Positions 37,281-48,453 of a DNA stretch of 64,000 bases are shown piece by piece. The notes beneath the pieces were generated by a model, which was given only the letters and a program-made list of their open reading frames with translations, made no database searches and was not told the DNA's origin. The position numbers were made by a program, and so were the translations under genes. The stretch covers positions 96,001 through 160,000 of the forward strand of contig CAVRCJ010000011.1 of NCBI GenBank assembly GCA_963719515.1. The letters run 5' to 3'. The stretch is from an uncultured cyanobacterium (GTDB lineage: Bacteria > Cyanobacteriota > Cyanobacteriia > CAKZMO01). The number at the start of each line of letters is the position of its first letter. Position 1 is the stretch's first letter.

Positions 37281-38699
37281 TTAGCGCACCGTGATCAAAT
37301 AGCGGCCCTGCCCTTGGCTATCTGAGGCGTTGGCCACCGCACGATAGGTTCCGCTTTTGGGCAGTATTAGGGTCAGCGACGCGTTGACGGTGTCTGCGCC
37401 AAAGTCGTTGTTCTGGCCAATGACGCGGCCATCAGGATCCAGCAAAATCAAGTAAGGGTCAAACTCCTGACTCTCCATAGCCACCGTGACGGTCTGCCCC
37501 GCTTCCCCCTCGAAGGCGTGCTCCCGGTACAGCGAGCCATCTTGAGGCAGCACGGCAGCGCCCGGCCCTAAGACGTTTTCTTCTTGAAGTAAAAAGCTGC
37601 TGAGGGCTGACTCTCCCGCCTTCACCTGCAGCTGATAGGCTCCCGTCTGACCTGGGGCGTAAGAGTTGGCCAAAATCATATAGGTGCCCGTAATGGGCGC
37701 GGTCGCCACGAGGCGGGCATCGGTGCCCCCAGCGCTATCGTCGTCGTGGGCCAAACTTTGCCCGTTGGGCGCAACCAAAATTAGGTAGGCATCTAGCTCA
37801 CCGCTGCGCATGTCTACCGTAATGCGATCGCCCACCTGAGCTTCTAGGGTATAGACATCAAAGTAGCTTTGATCAGAATCAAGAATGTTGCTGTTGGGTG
37901 AAAGCTGACCCGAAATGGGCGAACCGTTGGCCGTAACGGGCGTAATGCCGGAAAACCGCGCCCATTCGCGAGGCGCTTGGCCGCTGCGGACCACGGTCAA
38001 AAATTCGGCGGCGGAGCCAACGGGAATGGCAAACCCAATGCCGATATTCCCCCCCTCTCGCGCCGTCGTGAAAATAGAGGTATTGACGCCGATCAACTCG
38101 CCTCGGCTGTTGAGAAGTGGCCCGCCCGAGTTGCCGGGGTTGATGGCGGCATCCGTTTGAATCAAGTTGCGATCGCGGTCGATGCGGCTGATGATGCCGA
38201 CGGTCAGCGTACCCTGAAACTGCCCGAAGGGGTTACCGATGGCATAGGCGTTCTGGCCCACGCTAATCTGAGCGTCCGCCAGGCTAATGAACGGCAAATT
38301 GCTGACGTTGCGCAGCTGAATTGCCGCGAGATCAAGCCCCGGCTCGCCAAAAGCAATCACATCGCCCTCAAACTGTCGGCCGTCTTCTAAAGAGACCATC
38401 GCAGTGCGGCTTCCTTGAACCACATGAGCATTGGTGAGCACCAGACCGTCCGCGCTTACGATGCTGCCGCTGCCTGACCCGACCTCTGCCGTCTCGACGG
38501 AAACCACCGCCGGACTAGCACGGCTGTAGACCTGAATGCGGACGGCTTCATCTGACTGGCCAGGCTGCGCTTCGGTGGACTGCGCTCTGGCGGACTGCAG
38601 TCCAAAGGGGAGACCCACCGGCACCAGCCCGCTCAAAGCCGCTAAGGCGATAGCGACACCGGCAGCAAATCCAGTAGGACGGTAAGAGGGATAAGACAT
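37281..38699 (-). CDS. Secreted trypsin-like (HtrA-type) serine protease with two PPC domains
   Basis: TNAHVV, DLAAI, GNSGGP triad; two DxYLIL.....DD/ND PPC-like repeats. Confidence 0.9.
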   Translation of the reverse strand: MSYPSYRPTGFAAGVAIALAALSGLVPVGLPFGLQSARAQSTEAQPGQSDEAVRIQVYSRASPAVVSVETAEVGSGSGSIVSADGLVLTNAHVVQGSRTAMVSLEDGRQFEGDVIAFGEPGLDLAAIQLRNVSNLPFISLADAQISVGQNAYAIGNPFGQFQGTLTVGIISRIDRDRNLIQTDAAINPGNSGGPLLNSRGELIGVNTSIFTTAREGGNIGIGFAIPVGSAAEFLTVVRSGQAPREWARFSGITPVTANGSPISGQLSPNSNILDSDQSYFDVYTLEAQVGDRITVDMRSGELDAYLILVAPNGQSLAHDDDSAGGTDARLVATAPITGTYMILANSYAPGQTGAYQLQVKAGESALSSFLLQEENVLGPGAAVLPQDGSLYREHAFEGEAGQTVTVAMESQEFDPYLILLDPDGRVIGQNNDFGADTVNASLTLILPKSGTYRAVANASDSQGQGRYLITVR

Positions 38700-38864
38700 A
38701 AGGCAATATGTGACAGCTAATTGACCGGCAGATGATCGGTCCCTGATTCTTCGTAGCGCGAGCTGGGCTACCCGGAAGCGATAGGCCGGGGGAGCGGTCC
38801 TGCGGTGCGCCCCCTGGCTTTAATGTAGCTAATTAAATAGGCTTCAGCACGCCGCCCGATGGGC

Positions 38865-39404
38865 CTAGGGGAAGTCAAACCGACAAGATTCCAGCTCACA
38901 CTTCAGGATAGCCTGCCACTCTTGGGTAACGCTTCTAGGAATGTGCAGCTGGTTGGGGCTGTCCTGCTTGGTCGGGGAGTTGGGAATGAGTAGGGTAAGG
39001 GCAGCGGGCGGGGCGGCGCTCAAGATGGAAGCCAGGGGATACTGGGCCACGGTGGGGGGCGGCGCCGCGGCGCCGAAGCGCGGCGTTTGGTCGGGGACGG
39101 GGGTAAAGACACGATTGTGCACCACAATGAGCGGCGCTTGATGGTCGATGGGAGGGATGGTTGGAAAGCCCACCAGCCTCAGGGCAGCTTGGGGGTCGCC
39201 CTCAGCCTTAAAGGCGATCAGCTGCCAGCTATAGCCTTGCTCGTCCCGCAGCGATCGCAGCGATTTATACAGCGTTTCGCCCGAGGCCAGGGTCTCCTGC
39301 ATCAGGCGGGCCTGGGCTAAGGGGGCAAAGCCTAATAGAAGGCAAAGGGCGACGGCGCTGACGCACAGCCGCCTGATCCAAAGGCTTTGGCGATGCGACA
39401 TCAA
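38865..39404 (-). CDS. DUF3122-like secreted protein
   Basis: Signal peptide; S.RSLRD....SWQLI.FK, LRLVGFP, QEWQ. Confidence 0.7.
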   Translation of the reverse strand: MMSHRQSLWIRRLCVSAVALCLLLGFAPLAQARLMQETLASGETLYKSLRSLRDEQGYSWQLIAFKAEGDPQAALRLVGFPTIPPIDHQAPLIVVHNRVFTPVPDQTPRFGAAAPPPTVAQYPLASILSAAPPAALTLLIPNSPTKQDSPNQLHIPRSVTQEWQAILKCELESCRFDFP

Positions 39405-41029
39405 AACGGCGTCTCGGCGACTAGGTGCATCCTCTGGTTCCTCTCCGGATGCCAGAATTTTAGCTCCCGGGCGTGGAGGTGGAGCCGGTCGCTGGGCTCT
39501 CCTCCGTAAAGGCGATCGCCCAAAATGGGCGCACCCAGCCCCTCCGGCGACGCGAGATGGACCCGCAGCTGATGGGTACGACCCGTCAGGGGGAAAAGTT
39601 CTAGGCGCTTGTAGTCGCTGCGGCGCTCCAAGACGGTGAACTGGGTGTGGCTCGGCTTGCCACCGTCCCAGTCGACGCGGCGCTTGGGACGGTGGTCCCG
39701 GTAGCGGCCAATGGGCAGCTGAATACTGCCCTGGTCTGGCTCAACGGCGGCGGTCACCAGCGCCTCATAGCGCTTGTCCACCCGCCGCTGTCGGAACTGC
39801 TCGCTGATCTGCCGGTGCGTCTGGGGCGATCGCGCGAAGAGCAGTATCCCAGAGGTGGCTTGGTCTAGGCGATGTACGCTGTAGACTCCCCCCGAGACTG
39901 CCGCCTGCACCTGACTGACGGCGCTGTCAGGGTGAAGCACCGAGCGACCGGGGGTCGACAGCAGGCCCGCTGGTTTGGCGATCGCGATTAGCCATTGGTC
40001 TTCGTAGAGGATACGCACCTGCCGCTCAGCCGGAGTCGGCTCAACGGGCGGCAGCCCCGACAGCAAAAATCCCATAATCGGCTGACAGCGCTCTGGGCAA
40101 GCGCCATAGAACGCTCCGGAAACTCGACTACCGTCGGCAGAGTCCCCCCACCAAAACTCCGCCATTGCCAGCGGCGTAAGTCCGTGGGTAGCCGCATAGT
40201 GGAGCAGCTTTGGGGCGCAACATTTCCCGGTGCCCGTGGGCATGGCCTGGTGCGGCACAACATCGGAGAGGGCCAACCGCTCCCCAGCAAAGTTAGTGAG
40301 GGTATAGGCCGCGTGCATTTGGGTCTGTAGCTGTCGGGAAAGCTGCTTGCGCCTGCGCTTAAGGGCTTGAACCTGAGCGTCCGCCTCAGCGATCGCCTGC
40401 TTGAGGGGAGCCAAGATGCGATCGCGCGCTCGTTTAAGGTGCCGCCGCTCGATGCCGTCACGGCGACTCTCTTCGTCTAAAGCCTCCAGAAGGCGCTGAT
40501 CCTGTACCTCCTGCCGCCGTTGTCTACGGCTTTCTTTACGCTGACGGTGGCGCTCGGCCAGAGCCGATAGCCGAGCAGAGAAAATTTGGGCTTGGACGTC
40601 GTAGGCCTGGCGGGCCGGGAGCTGGGCGAGGACGGCGAGCTCTTGTTTGATTGCCTCTAGGGCAGCGATCGCCTGAAACTCAGATAAAAGCAGCTGCTCC
40701 GAATTGGGGATAGCAGGTACCCAATCGCTCTTCCCTTCAAAAGACTGGCCCGAAAAGGCTTTAAGCACCCGGCATCCCTCAGGACTCTCGACCAGCAAAA
40801 CGCCATACATTTTACCCTGGGGCAAGTCAGATCCAGAAAGCTGCGCAGAAAGGCCGCGGGCAACCCGCTCTGCCAGCGCCGTACGAGGAAGTCTCAGCCG
40901 TGACCCGGTGCGAGGACAGCGCCCCTCGTACCAATAGGTGGCGCAGGATTCTTCGACGAGCAAGCAGCCACTGCTCTGGACGCCAAACTGCGCCAGAGCT
41001 AGTGATCTGTCCCGCTCAGCCACCACCAC
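39401..41029 (-). CDS. RluA family pseudouridine synthase with N-terminal extension
   Basis: KPAGLLS, HRLDQATSG, TGRTHQLRVH, ILGD.LYG; CCAPKLL in the N-terminal part. Confidence 0.92.
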   Translation of the reverse strand: MVVAERDRSLALAQFGVQSSGCLLVEESCATYWYEGRCPRTGSRLRLPRTALAERVARGLSAQLSGSDLPQGKMYGVLLVESPEGCRVLKAFSGQSFEGKSDWVPAIPNSEQLLLSEFQAIAALEAIKQELAVLAQLPARQAYDVQAQIFSARLSALAERHRQRKESRRQRRQEVQDQRLLEALDEESRRDGIERRHLKRARDRILAPLKQAIAEADAQVQALKRRRKQLSRQLQTQMHAAYTLTNFAGERLALSDVVPHQAMPTGTGKCCAPKLLHYAATHGLTPLAMAEFWWGDSADGSRVSGAFYGACPERCQPIMGFLLSGLPPVEPTPAERQVRILYEDQWLIAIAKPAGLLSTPGRSVLHPDSAVSQVQAAVSGGVYSVHRLDQATSGILLFARSPQTHRQISEQFRQRRVDKRYEALVTAAVEPDQGSIQLPIGRYRDHRPKRRVDWDGGKPSHTQFTVLERRSDYKRLELFPLTGRTHQLRVHLASPEGLGAPILGDRLYGGEPSDRLHLHARELKFWHPERNQRMHLVAETPF

Positions 41030-41038
41030 AGAGCAGTC

Positions 41039-41770
41039 TTAGCGAATCAGACCCGCACGCAGCGCCCGCACCGCAGCCTGGGTGCGATCGCCCACGCACA
41101 GTTTATTGAGGATGCTGCGCACGTGGGTTTTAACCGTGCCGACGGTAACGTAGAGCTCCTTAGCGATATCGGCGTTGCTGCAGCCCGCAACGATGAGTTC
41201 TAGCACCTCTAGCTCTCGCTCCGTCAACGCACAGGTTTTCATCACCTGCTCATATTCCGGCTCTAGCGCGGAGATGCTGGTGGTTTTGGTCCCCTCTTCC
41301 TCAAGGGTGACTCCCAGTCTATCCTGCTGGGCCTGCCGCAGAACAATTCGTGCGATGGAGGGGTCAATCCAGTTCTCTCCGGAATGGGTGACCTTGATGG
41401 CCTCAATTAGCTTCTCGATACTGGCGTCTTTAATACTGTAGGAATCTGCCCCAGCCGCAAACGCCGCGAGGACCTCTTCCTCGCCATCGTGCATTGTCAG
41501 CATCAGCACTCGCGTTGAGCTAGCGTCGTTCCCAGAGGTTTGACTTTGACTCTGCTTGAATCGACGCGTTACTTCGATGCCATCAATGCTGGGTAGCCCA
41601 ATATCGACGATAGCCACATCGGGCTCAACCTGCTGAAGCAGTTCTAGCCCTTGAGCGCCGGTTCTTGCTTCTCCGATAACCTCTATATTGTCCTGCTGGT
41701 GTAGAGCGGACTGTAGACCAATTCGCGTCAGGTCGTGATCTTCAATGAGCACGACGCTAATCTTTTGCAT
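41039..41770 (-). CDS. NarL/LuxR-family response regulator
   Basis: LIEDH, VDIGLP, C-terminal HTH LTERELEVL...TVKTHV. Confidence 0.93.
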   Translation of the reverse strand: MQKISVVLIEDHDLTRIGLQSALHQQDNIEVIGEARTGAQGLELLQQVEPDVAIVDIGLPSIDGIEVTRRFKQSQSQTSGNDASSTRVLMLTMHDGEEEVLAAFAAGADSYSIKDASIEKLIEAIKVTHSGENWIDPSIARIVLRQAQQDRLGVTLEEEGTKTTSISALEPEYEQVMKTCALTERELEVLELIVAGCSNADIAKELYVTVGTVKTHVRSILNKLCVGDRTQAAVRALRAGLIR

Positions 41771-42323
41771 AGCGTTACGGACCATAGCTTGGGCTTTGCA
41801 TACGTGTGTCATAAATTTAACGGTTCGGTACCGCATAAGCATCTATCAATGGAAATAGCCCTTCCCGTGATGCTGCAGCTGAAGGAACTGAGATAGCTGT
41901 AAGAGGGCTAACTGAAATTGAAGGGCTAGCGCTTTGGGTTTCGCGCGGCTCACTAGCCAAAATGGCGCTGAAGATGGCCCTAGAAGATATGCCTAATTGT
42001 CGACTACTGAACAGTTAATTATCCCCATAGCGGTTCATTTCTCTCTGAGGCTGTCGTTTTATAATGGGGCGTGACGATCAGCCTCATCTAGCTGAGTCAC
42101 ATCCTTGAATCTCAGGGTGCCTAAGGGCACAGGCGGCACGCGGAGCGATAGATATGAGCCAACAGGCGCGACCGCTTCATCGGCACTCAAGTTGTTTGTG
42201 ATTTTGGCAAAACTCTGCTGATTTCGTTAAGTCTGGGCTGATTTGTAGAGCTATGGCCAACTGTGCCAATAGGGGCACTTGAAAGCCAAATTTCTTTGAA
42301 TTGGAGCTGATAAACTAACTAAT

Positions 42324-44006
42324 ATGGTGCGTATTCTGCTGCTCGAAAATAACTCTAGCGACTTCGAGCAAGTCAAGGCTAGCTTAGCAGCTAGCCCCGT
42401 AGAGCACAGTCTTGATCAAGTGACGGCCTACGCCGATTTCCTGCACGAGCTGAGCTATCATCCTCCCCATTTAGTTTTGGCCAGCAATCAGCTGATTGCT
42501 ATCGACGATAGCTCAGTCTTAGCCCAGATTCGCCATCGCTATCCGGCGGTCCCGGTCATCATCATTGCCGGTAACCCAGACATCGCAGAAGCCGTCGATG
42601 CTATGCGGCAGGGGGCGTCCGACTATATTCCCAAAGCTCGACTCACCGAGCTGCTGCCTGCAGCCATTCACGCCCTCTGCGACGGTGAGGGCTTACGGCC
42701 AGGTCATAGGCAGCTTGCTCCTAAAGCTCCAACAGCGGGCACACAGCCCTATTCGATGCTGCAGTCTCGTCTCTCTCGTCAGGCGATTGTTGCCGCGCTA
42801 ATGCGCCAGGCGCTTGCTGGAATGGAGATTGGCCTGCTGTTCAAGAACGCGGTCAGCCAAATTTCTCGGGTGTTTGACGTTGAATATTGCGAAGTCTTTG
42901 AGCTGGTGTCTTACCATGCTGGGTTTGTGCTACGGGCGGCTCAAGGGTGGCCCGCTGAGGCCATCGACCAGACAACCCTGGGGGTTGAGGCCGATTCCCA
43001 ATCGGGGCTGACACTTCTTTCTAATCAACCCATTGTTATTCAAGACATCAGCTGCGATCCGCGCTTAACCCCTTCCAAGCTCATCTATCCCACAAGGGTG
43101 AGCAGCTTGGTTAGCGTGCTGATTTCCGGGGCAGGTCGGCAACCGTTTGGCCTGGTCAGCGTCGCCAGCCACGAAGCCGACCGATTTACGCAGGAGGATG
43201 CCCTGTTTTTGCAGTCGATCGCCAACGTGTTGGCGATCGCGACTGAGCGCAAGCGATCGGAGCAGTCGCTGCGGGCCCATGCGAGCGAATTGGCCTGCAT
43301 GACCACTGTCTTGGCAAAAACGAACGATGAGCTAGCTGAGCGCAACCGCGAGCTTAACGAATTTGCCTACGTCGCGTCTCACGATCTCAAGGCCCCCCTA
43401 AGAGCGATCGCCAATCTGTCGGAGTGGATAGAAGAAGAGCTGCAGGAGCATATGGGCCCTAAGACAGCCTACGAAATGAACCTGTTGCGAAAGCGCGTCT
43501 ACCGTATTGAAAGCCTGCTGAACGGCCTACTCCAATACTCACGGGTGGGTCGGCTCAATGTCGAACCTGAACTGGTCTCTACGGCGGCGATTCTTAGAGA
43601 TGTCGTCGACCTGTTGGACCCGCCCATAGACTTTGCGATTGTCATTGGCGGCAATATGCCCTCGTTCAGCGCTAGGCGTCTGCTCCTGCAGCAGACTTTC
43701 TCTAACCTCATGGGGAATGCGCTCAAGCACCACCATGGCTCTCAAGGGTTAATAGAGGTCGCGGTCCAAGACTGTGGTAAATTCTACGAATTTTCTGTCA
43801 CGGACGACGGCCCCGGCATTGCGCCCGAGTATCACGGCAAGATATTCACGATATTTCAAGTGCTTGAACCCAGGGACAAAACGGAAAACACAGGCGTCGG
43901 GCTTTCGATTGCCAAGAAAATCGTTGAGTCTGAGGGAGGGACAATAACCGTAGAGTCTGGTCTAGGCTCCGGAGCAACATTTCGATTCACCTGGCCTAAG
44001 AGCTAG
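42324..44006 (+). CDS. Sensor histidine kinase: degenerate REC - GAF - HisKA - HATPase
   Basis: FAYVASHDLKAPL, NLMGNALK, DDGPGI, GVGL. Confidence 0.92.
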   Translation: MVRILLLENNSSDFEQVKASLAASPVEHSLDQVTAYADFLHELSYHPPHLVLASNQLIAIDDSSVLAQIRHRYPAVPVIIIAGNPDIAEAVDAMRQGASDYIPKARLTELLPAAIHALCDGEGLRPGHRQLAPKAPTAGTQPYSMLQSRLSRQAIVAALMRQALAGMEIGLLFKNAVSQISRVFDVEYCEVFELVSYHAGFVLRAAQGWPAEAIDQTTLGVEADSQSGLTLLSNQPIVIQDISCDPRLTPSKLIYPTRVSSLVSVLISGAGRQPFGLVSVASHEADRFTQEDALFLQSIANVLAIATERKRSEQSLRAHASELACMTTVLAKTNDELAERNRELNEFAYVASHDLKAPLRAIANLSEWIEEELQEHMGPKTAYEMNLLRKRVYRIESLLNGLLQYSRVGRLNVEPELVSTAAILRDVVDLLDPPIDFAIVIGGNMPSFSARRLLLQQTFSNLMGNALKHHHGSQGLIEVAVQDCGKFYEFSVTDDGPGIAPEYHGKIFTIFQVLEPRDKTENTGVGLSIAKKIVESEGGTITVESGLGSGATFRFTWPKS

Positions 44007-44232
44007 CCCTCGGTAGCGTAAATTCTATGCTGCCACTCTTGCTGCGGCGAGGTATCGTCTTCAACACTTTAGAAAGATTTTTGCAGACATCCCTCTGTAT
44101 CCCCTGTAATATGCCCCCATGTGGAGGGCGATTGTAACGAGGTTCTTTACCATTAGAGATATCACGCCTGCGTTCTCAGCGCACGACCAGTGACAGCAGA
44201 CAATAGATACGGTCACACCGAGGTAATCCTTT

Positions 44233-44685
44233 GTGCTAAGTCCAGATGAGGTGAAGGAAAGAGAGCTTCACATCCTCCTAGTTGAGGATGATGAGGTAGA
44301 CGTCATGAAGGTGAGGCGGGCGCTCAAGCGAAACGGTTTGGAGCATCCTGTCTACGTTGCGGGCGATGGCCAGCAGGCGCTCCGCCTTCTGCGGCAGCAG
44401 GATGACAAGGGTTTGCCTGCGATTCCTCAACAGCGCCGCATCGTATTTCTCGACCTGAATATGCCGAAGATGGGGGGAATTGAGTTCCTTGAGCTGCTTC
44501 GGGCTGATCCAACGCTGTGCGATATTCCGGTGGTTGTCATGACGACCTCAGATGACGATCAAGACTTGGTCAGTGCATACGACTTCAACGTTGCGGGCTA
44601 TATACTCAAATCTGTTCCCTTCTCCGATTTCGTGGAAGCTTTGGCCATTGTCGACCAGTATTGGACCGTCAACGAGATGCCCTAA
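44233..44685 (+). CDS. Single-domain response regulator (Rcp1-like)
   Basis: LLVEDD, LDLNMP, MTTS, YILK, YW. Confidence 0.9.
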   Translation: MLSPDEVKERELHILLVEDDEVDVMKVRRALKRNGLEHPVYVAGDGQQALRLLRQQDDKGLPAIPQQRRIVFLDLNMPKMGGIEFLELLRADPTLCDIPVVVMTTSDDDQDLVSAYDFNVAGYILKSVPFSDFVEALAIVDQYWTVNEMP

Positions 44686-44765
44686 CTCTCAAGGTTGGAA
44701 AACCAATTTCGGACAGGGGCTGGAGCTGAACCGAGGCTGAATTGTTTACCGCACCGCCGCTGGTT

Positions 44766-46352
44766 ATGGAAGAGCAACTTAAAATTTTGGTCGTAGATGA
44801 CGACGAAGTGGATCGGATGACCCTTCGCCGATCGCTGCGGCAGGCCAACGTTTCGTCAGAGCTACAGGAGGCTCAGGACTACACCACGGCGGTGGTGGCC
44901 CTGCAGGAGAACGTTTATGACTGCATCTTCATCGACTACCGGCTGCCTGACAAAGACGGCATGACCCTAGTGCAAGACCTGCGTAACGCTGGCGTTACGA
45001 CACCGCTCGTCATTCTGACAGGGCAGGGAGATGATCAGACTGCGGTCGAGCTGATGAAGGCCGGCGCATCAGACTACCTATCCAAGGATCGCCTATCTGC
45101 AAAAACGCTGTCGCAAATTTTGCACAACGTTATTCGGCTACATCGGGCTGAGGTAGAAGCAGCCCAGGCCACGCAGAAGCTGCGCCAGAGCGAGGAGCGC
45201 TACCGGTTTGTCTTAGAGGGGGCGAACGACGGAATCTGGGACTGGGACTTGGGGCGAAACCGAATTTACTTCAACGAGCGCCTTTTTCAAATTGCAGGAC
45301 TGTCTCGTCAGGAGTTCGAAGGCTCGTTTGAAGAGTTCCGCGATCTGATCTATGCGGGCGATCGCGAGCGATTTGAGCGCTCGATTACAGCTCATCTAGA
45401 GCGCAGTGCCCCCTTCGACTTAGAGCTGCGGCTGCAGCGGCGTTCTACAAACGACCACCGCTACTGTATTGTTCGGGCCAAGGCGCAGCGAAACCCTCAG
45501 AGCGTGCCGGTTCGCATGGCCGGTGTCGTGATTGATATTACCGAGCGCAAGCGGGCTGAAGAGCGGCTCGCTGAGCAAAATGAGCTGCTGCGCAAGACCA
45601 TCGCGGAGCGGGACCATATTGCCTCTCAGCGAGAAGACTTTGTCTCTCGGCTAACCCACGACCTGCGAACGCCCCTAGTGGCGGCAGATCGGATGCTGAC
45701 CTTGATTAGCGACGGTACGTTTGGCGCTGTCTCCAAGGAGCTAAATCAGGCGCTAGACGTCATGATCAGCAGCAACCAGAACCTTTTGGGAATGGTCAAT
45801 ACCCTGCTAGAGGTCTATCGCTACGAAGCGGGCCGCAAAACCCTTACTTTCTCACTCTTCAGCATAGCGGCCTTGATCGACGATATCTTAAAAGAGCTGC
45901 GGCCCCTTACGGTAGAGAAAGGGCTGAGTCTGGAATTTGAGCCGGTCTGTCAGCCGGCTGGGCAGACTCTGGGCGGACCAGACGCTAGGCTTTCGGATGG
46001 CAAAATCATGATGCGGGGCGATCGCCTAGAGATTCGCCGGGTGGTGATGAACTTGATCAGCAACGCCATCAAGTTTACGGATGAGGGGCATGTGACAGTG
46101 CGTCTACATCAGGTTCACCCCGACCAGCTCACGCTAGAGGTACAGGATACTGGGTCAGGTATTGCGGAAGAGGACAGAGATCTCATCTTTGATAGATTTC
46201 GCCAAACCAAAGATCGCCGCGCCGGCAGCGGCTTAGGTCTCTATCTTTCCCGGCGGATTGTTGAAGAGCACAGCGGCACCATTACCGTGGAGTCAGTTCC
46301 TGATCAAGGAAGCTGTTTCATTGTCAAGCTGCCTTTCAGCCCCGATGCGTGA
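44766..46352 (+). CDS. Hybrid histidine kinase REC-PAS-HisKA-HATPase
   Basis: VVDDD, IDYRLP, DGIWDW PAS, LTHDLRTPL, NAIKFT, GSGLGL. Confidence 0.92.
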   Translation: MEEQLKILVVDDDEVDRMTLRRSLRQANVSSELQEAQDYTTAVVALQENVYDCIFIDYRLPDKDGMTLVQDLRNAGVTTPLVILTGQGDDQTAVELMKAGASDYLSKDRLSAKTLSQILHNVIRLHRAEVEAAQATQKLRQSEERYRFVLEGANDGIWDWDLGRNRIYFNERLFQIAGLSRQEFEGSFEEFRDLIYAGDRERFERSITAHLERSAPFDLELRLQRRSTNDHRYCIVRAKAQRNPQSVPVRMAGVVIDITERKRAEERLAEQNELLRKTIAERDHIASQREDFVSRLTHDLRTPLVAADRMLTLISDGTFGAVSKELNQALDVMISSNQNLLGMVNTLLEVYRYEAGRKTLTFSLFSIAALIDDILKELRPLTVEKGLSLEFEPVCQPAGQTLGGPDARLSDGKIMMRGDRLEIRRVVMNLISNAIKFTDEGHVTVRLHQVHPDQLTLEVQDTGSGIAEEDRDLIFDRFRQTKDRRAGSGLGLYLSRRIVEEHSGTITVESVPDQGSCFIVKLPFSPDA

Positions 46353-46508
46353 CGACGACCAGCGTGGAGGGGATCAGCATTGGGGCCGTGCGTAATCTGG
46401 CGCAGCCTGCTCCTATTTCCCCACCGACGGTGACGGTACTCTTAACTTCACTGTCGCAATCTCGCGTTTTTTCTACTGAGCTTTTCTACTGAGTTGTTAG
46501 GTAGCCCC

Positions 46509-47054
46509 ATGTCCCCCGACCCCATCGAGATTTTATCGGCTGAGGCGCTGCGACGAACAATAACGCGGCTGTCGTCGGAGATTATTGAGCAGACTAAAGA
46601 CCTGCAGACTCTGGCGCTGCTGGGCATTCATACCCGAGGGGTTCCAGTGGCGCAGCTGCTGGCGCAGCAGATTGAAATCTTAGAGCACATCAATGTGCCA
46701 GTTGGTGCCCTCGATATCACACTGTACCGGGACGACTTAAATCAGATTAAGCTGCGGACACCCGCCAAGACAAAAATCTCTTTTGACGTGTCGGGAAAGG
46801 TGCTGGTGCTCGTAGATGACGTCATTCATAAGGGGCGAACGATTCGAGCAGCGCTCAATGCAGTCACAGATTACGGCAGGCCCAAGGTCATTCGGCTCGC
46901 CGTCTTAATTGATCGAGTGGGCCACCGCGAACTGCCCATCCACCCCGACTTCATTGGAAAACAGCTGCCCACATCCAAAGAAGAGGGCATTAAAGTGAAT
47001 CTGCAGGCAGTAGACGGGCGAGACGGTGTTGAGCTAATCAAGCAAACGGAGTGA
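46509..47054 (+). CDS. pyrR: Bifunctional pyr regulator / uracil phosphoribosyltransferase
   Basis: [34 protein letters not shown]. Confidence 0.95.
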   Translation: MSPDPIEILSAEALRRTITRLSSEIIEQTKDLQTLALLGIHTRGVPVAQLLAQQIEILEHINVPVGALDITLYRDDLNQIKLRTPAKTKISFDVSGKVLVLVDDVIHKGRTIRAALNAVTDYGRPKVIRLAVLIDRVGHRELPIHPDFIGKQLPTSKEEGIKVNLQAVDGRDGVELIKQTE

Positions 47055-47251
47055 TAAATTGAGGAGATGAGGCGGCCGAAAGAGATCAATCTCACTTTCG
47101 GATCGCCGCTCATTCAACTCAGCCCCATTTCAGCGCCCACAACCCCTGAGCCAACAAAACCGCCGTGGTTCCCTCAAGCTTTGACCCCAATCCCGTTCCC
47201 AACAAAGTGCCGAGTTTAAGCCGCGTGTCTCAAGTGGCACCCGGCCCAAAG

Positions 47252-48286
47252 ATGCCGAGTCCTAGCTCAACCCAGGCGCGCAAGGCAGATCACATCCGCA
47301 TCTGTCTTGATGAAGACGTTCAGTTTCGGCAAACCACAGGACTAGAGCGATACCGGTTTACCCACTGCTGCCTGCCTGAACTTGACTGGTGCGACGTTGA
47401 TGTTGCGACCCAGTTCTTGGGCAAGGCTCTCCGGGCTCCCCTGCTGATCTCCTCAATGACCGGGGGCACCGAGCAGGCCCAGATGATCAATCAGCGGCTG
47501 GCGATCGCCGCTCAGCACCACGGTATTGCCATGGGCGTGGGCTCGCAGCGCGTTGCCGTTGAGAATCCTGAGGTGGCTTCTACCTTTTCAGTGCGGGACT
47601 ACGCGCCAGATATCCTGCTGCTCGCCAATCTGGGAGCGGTGCAGCTGAACTACGATTATGGTCTAGAGGAGTGCCTGCGGGTTGTAGAGTGGCTCGGCGC
47701 TGATGCCCTGATTTTACACGTCAATCCCCTGCAGGAATGTGTTCAATCCCGAGGGGACACCAACTTTTCCGGCCTTCTAGATAAAATCGCGGCGCTGTGC
47801 CGTCAGCTGGCTGTCCCAGTCGTGGTTAAGGAGGTCGGTAACGGCATCTCCGGGTCCGCTGTAGCGCGACTCATTGAAGCCGGCGTGGCGGCGGTGGATG
47901 TGGCAGGCGCTGGCGGGACCTCTTGGGCGCAAGTGGAGCGGGAGCGAGCCAAAGACGTTAAGCAGCGGCGCTTGGGGACAACGTTTGCCAACTGGGGACT
48001 CCCCACGGCGGAATGCATTGTTCAAGCTAGGGCGATCGCCCCTAGCGTGCCGCTAATCGCCTCGGGGGGATTGAGAAACGGCTTAGACGCGGCAACGGCG
48101 ATCGCCTTGGGGGCAGATTTAGCCGGTATGGCGTTTCCTTTTCTGCAGGCGGCGGCTGACTCTCCGGCTGCCCTAAATGAGCTTACCGAGGTCCTGGTTG
48201 CCGAACTTAAAACCGCGCTGTTTTGTACCGGTAGCCGGCGTCTAGAGGACTTGAGAAAGCCCGGCGTGCTCGTAGCCCTAGATTAG
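47252..48286 (+). CDS. fni: Type 2 isopentenyl-diphosphate isomerase
   Basis: [34 protein letters not shown]. Confidence 0.95.
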   Translation: MPSPSSTQARKADHIRICLDEDVQFRQTTGLERYRFTHCCLPELDWCDVDVATQFLGKALRAPLLISSMTGGTEQAQMINQRLAIAAQHHGIAMGVGSQRVAVENPEVASTFSVRDYAPDILLLANLGAVQLNYDYGLEECLRVVEWLGADALILHVNPLQECVQSRGDTNFSGLLDKIAALCRQLAVPVVVKEVGNGISGSAVARLIEAGVAAVDVAGAGGTSWAQVERERAKDVKQRRLGTTFANWGLPTAECIVQARAIAPSVPLIASGGLRNGLDAATAIALGADLAGMAFPFLQAAADSPAALNELTEVLVAELKTALFCTGSRRLEDLRKPGVLVALD

Positions 48287-48346
48287 TCCGCACTCGGTAG
48301 CTTGTACGGACGGAGGTCAGAGCTGCTTATAGTGAATCAGCCTAAA

Positions 48347-48440
48347 TTGACATCCTCTCCGCCCTGAAAAGCGGGGATTCCCGACCTGCCCACTAGGTAG
48401 ACTTCCGACAGGGTCAGCTAGTGGGACTATCTACCGAGCT
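48347..48440 (-). mobile_element. Orphan IS200/IS605 right end / omegaRNA-like remnant
   Basis: Minus strand GAATCCCCGCTTTTCAGGGCGGAGAGGATGTCAA terminus, preceded by a CCCACTAG/CTAGTGGG stem. Confidence 0.7.
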
Positions 48441-48453
48441 GAATTTGGAAAGA

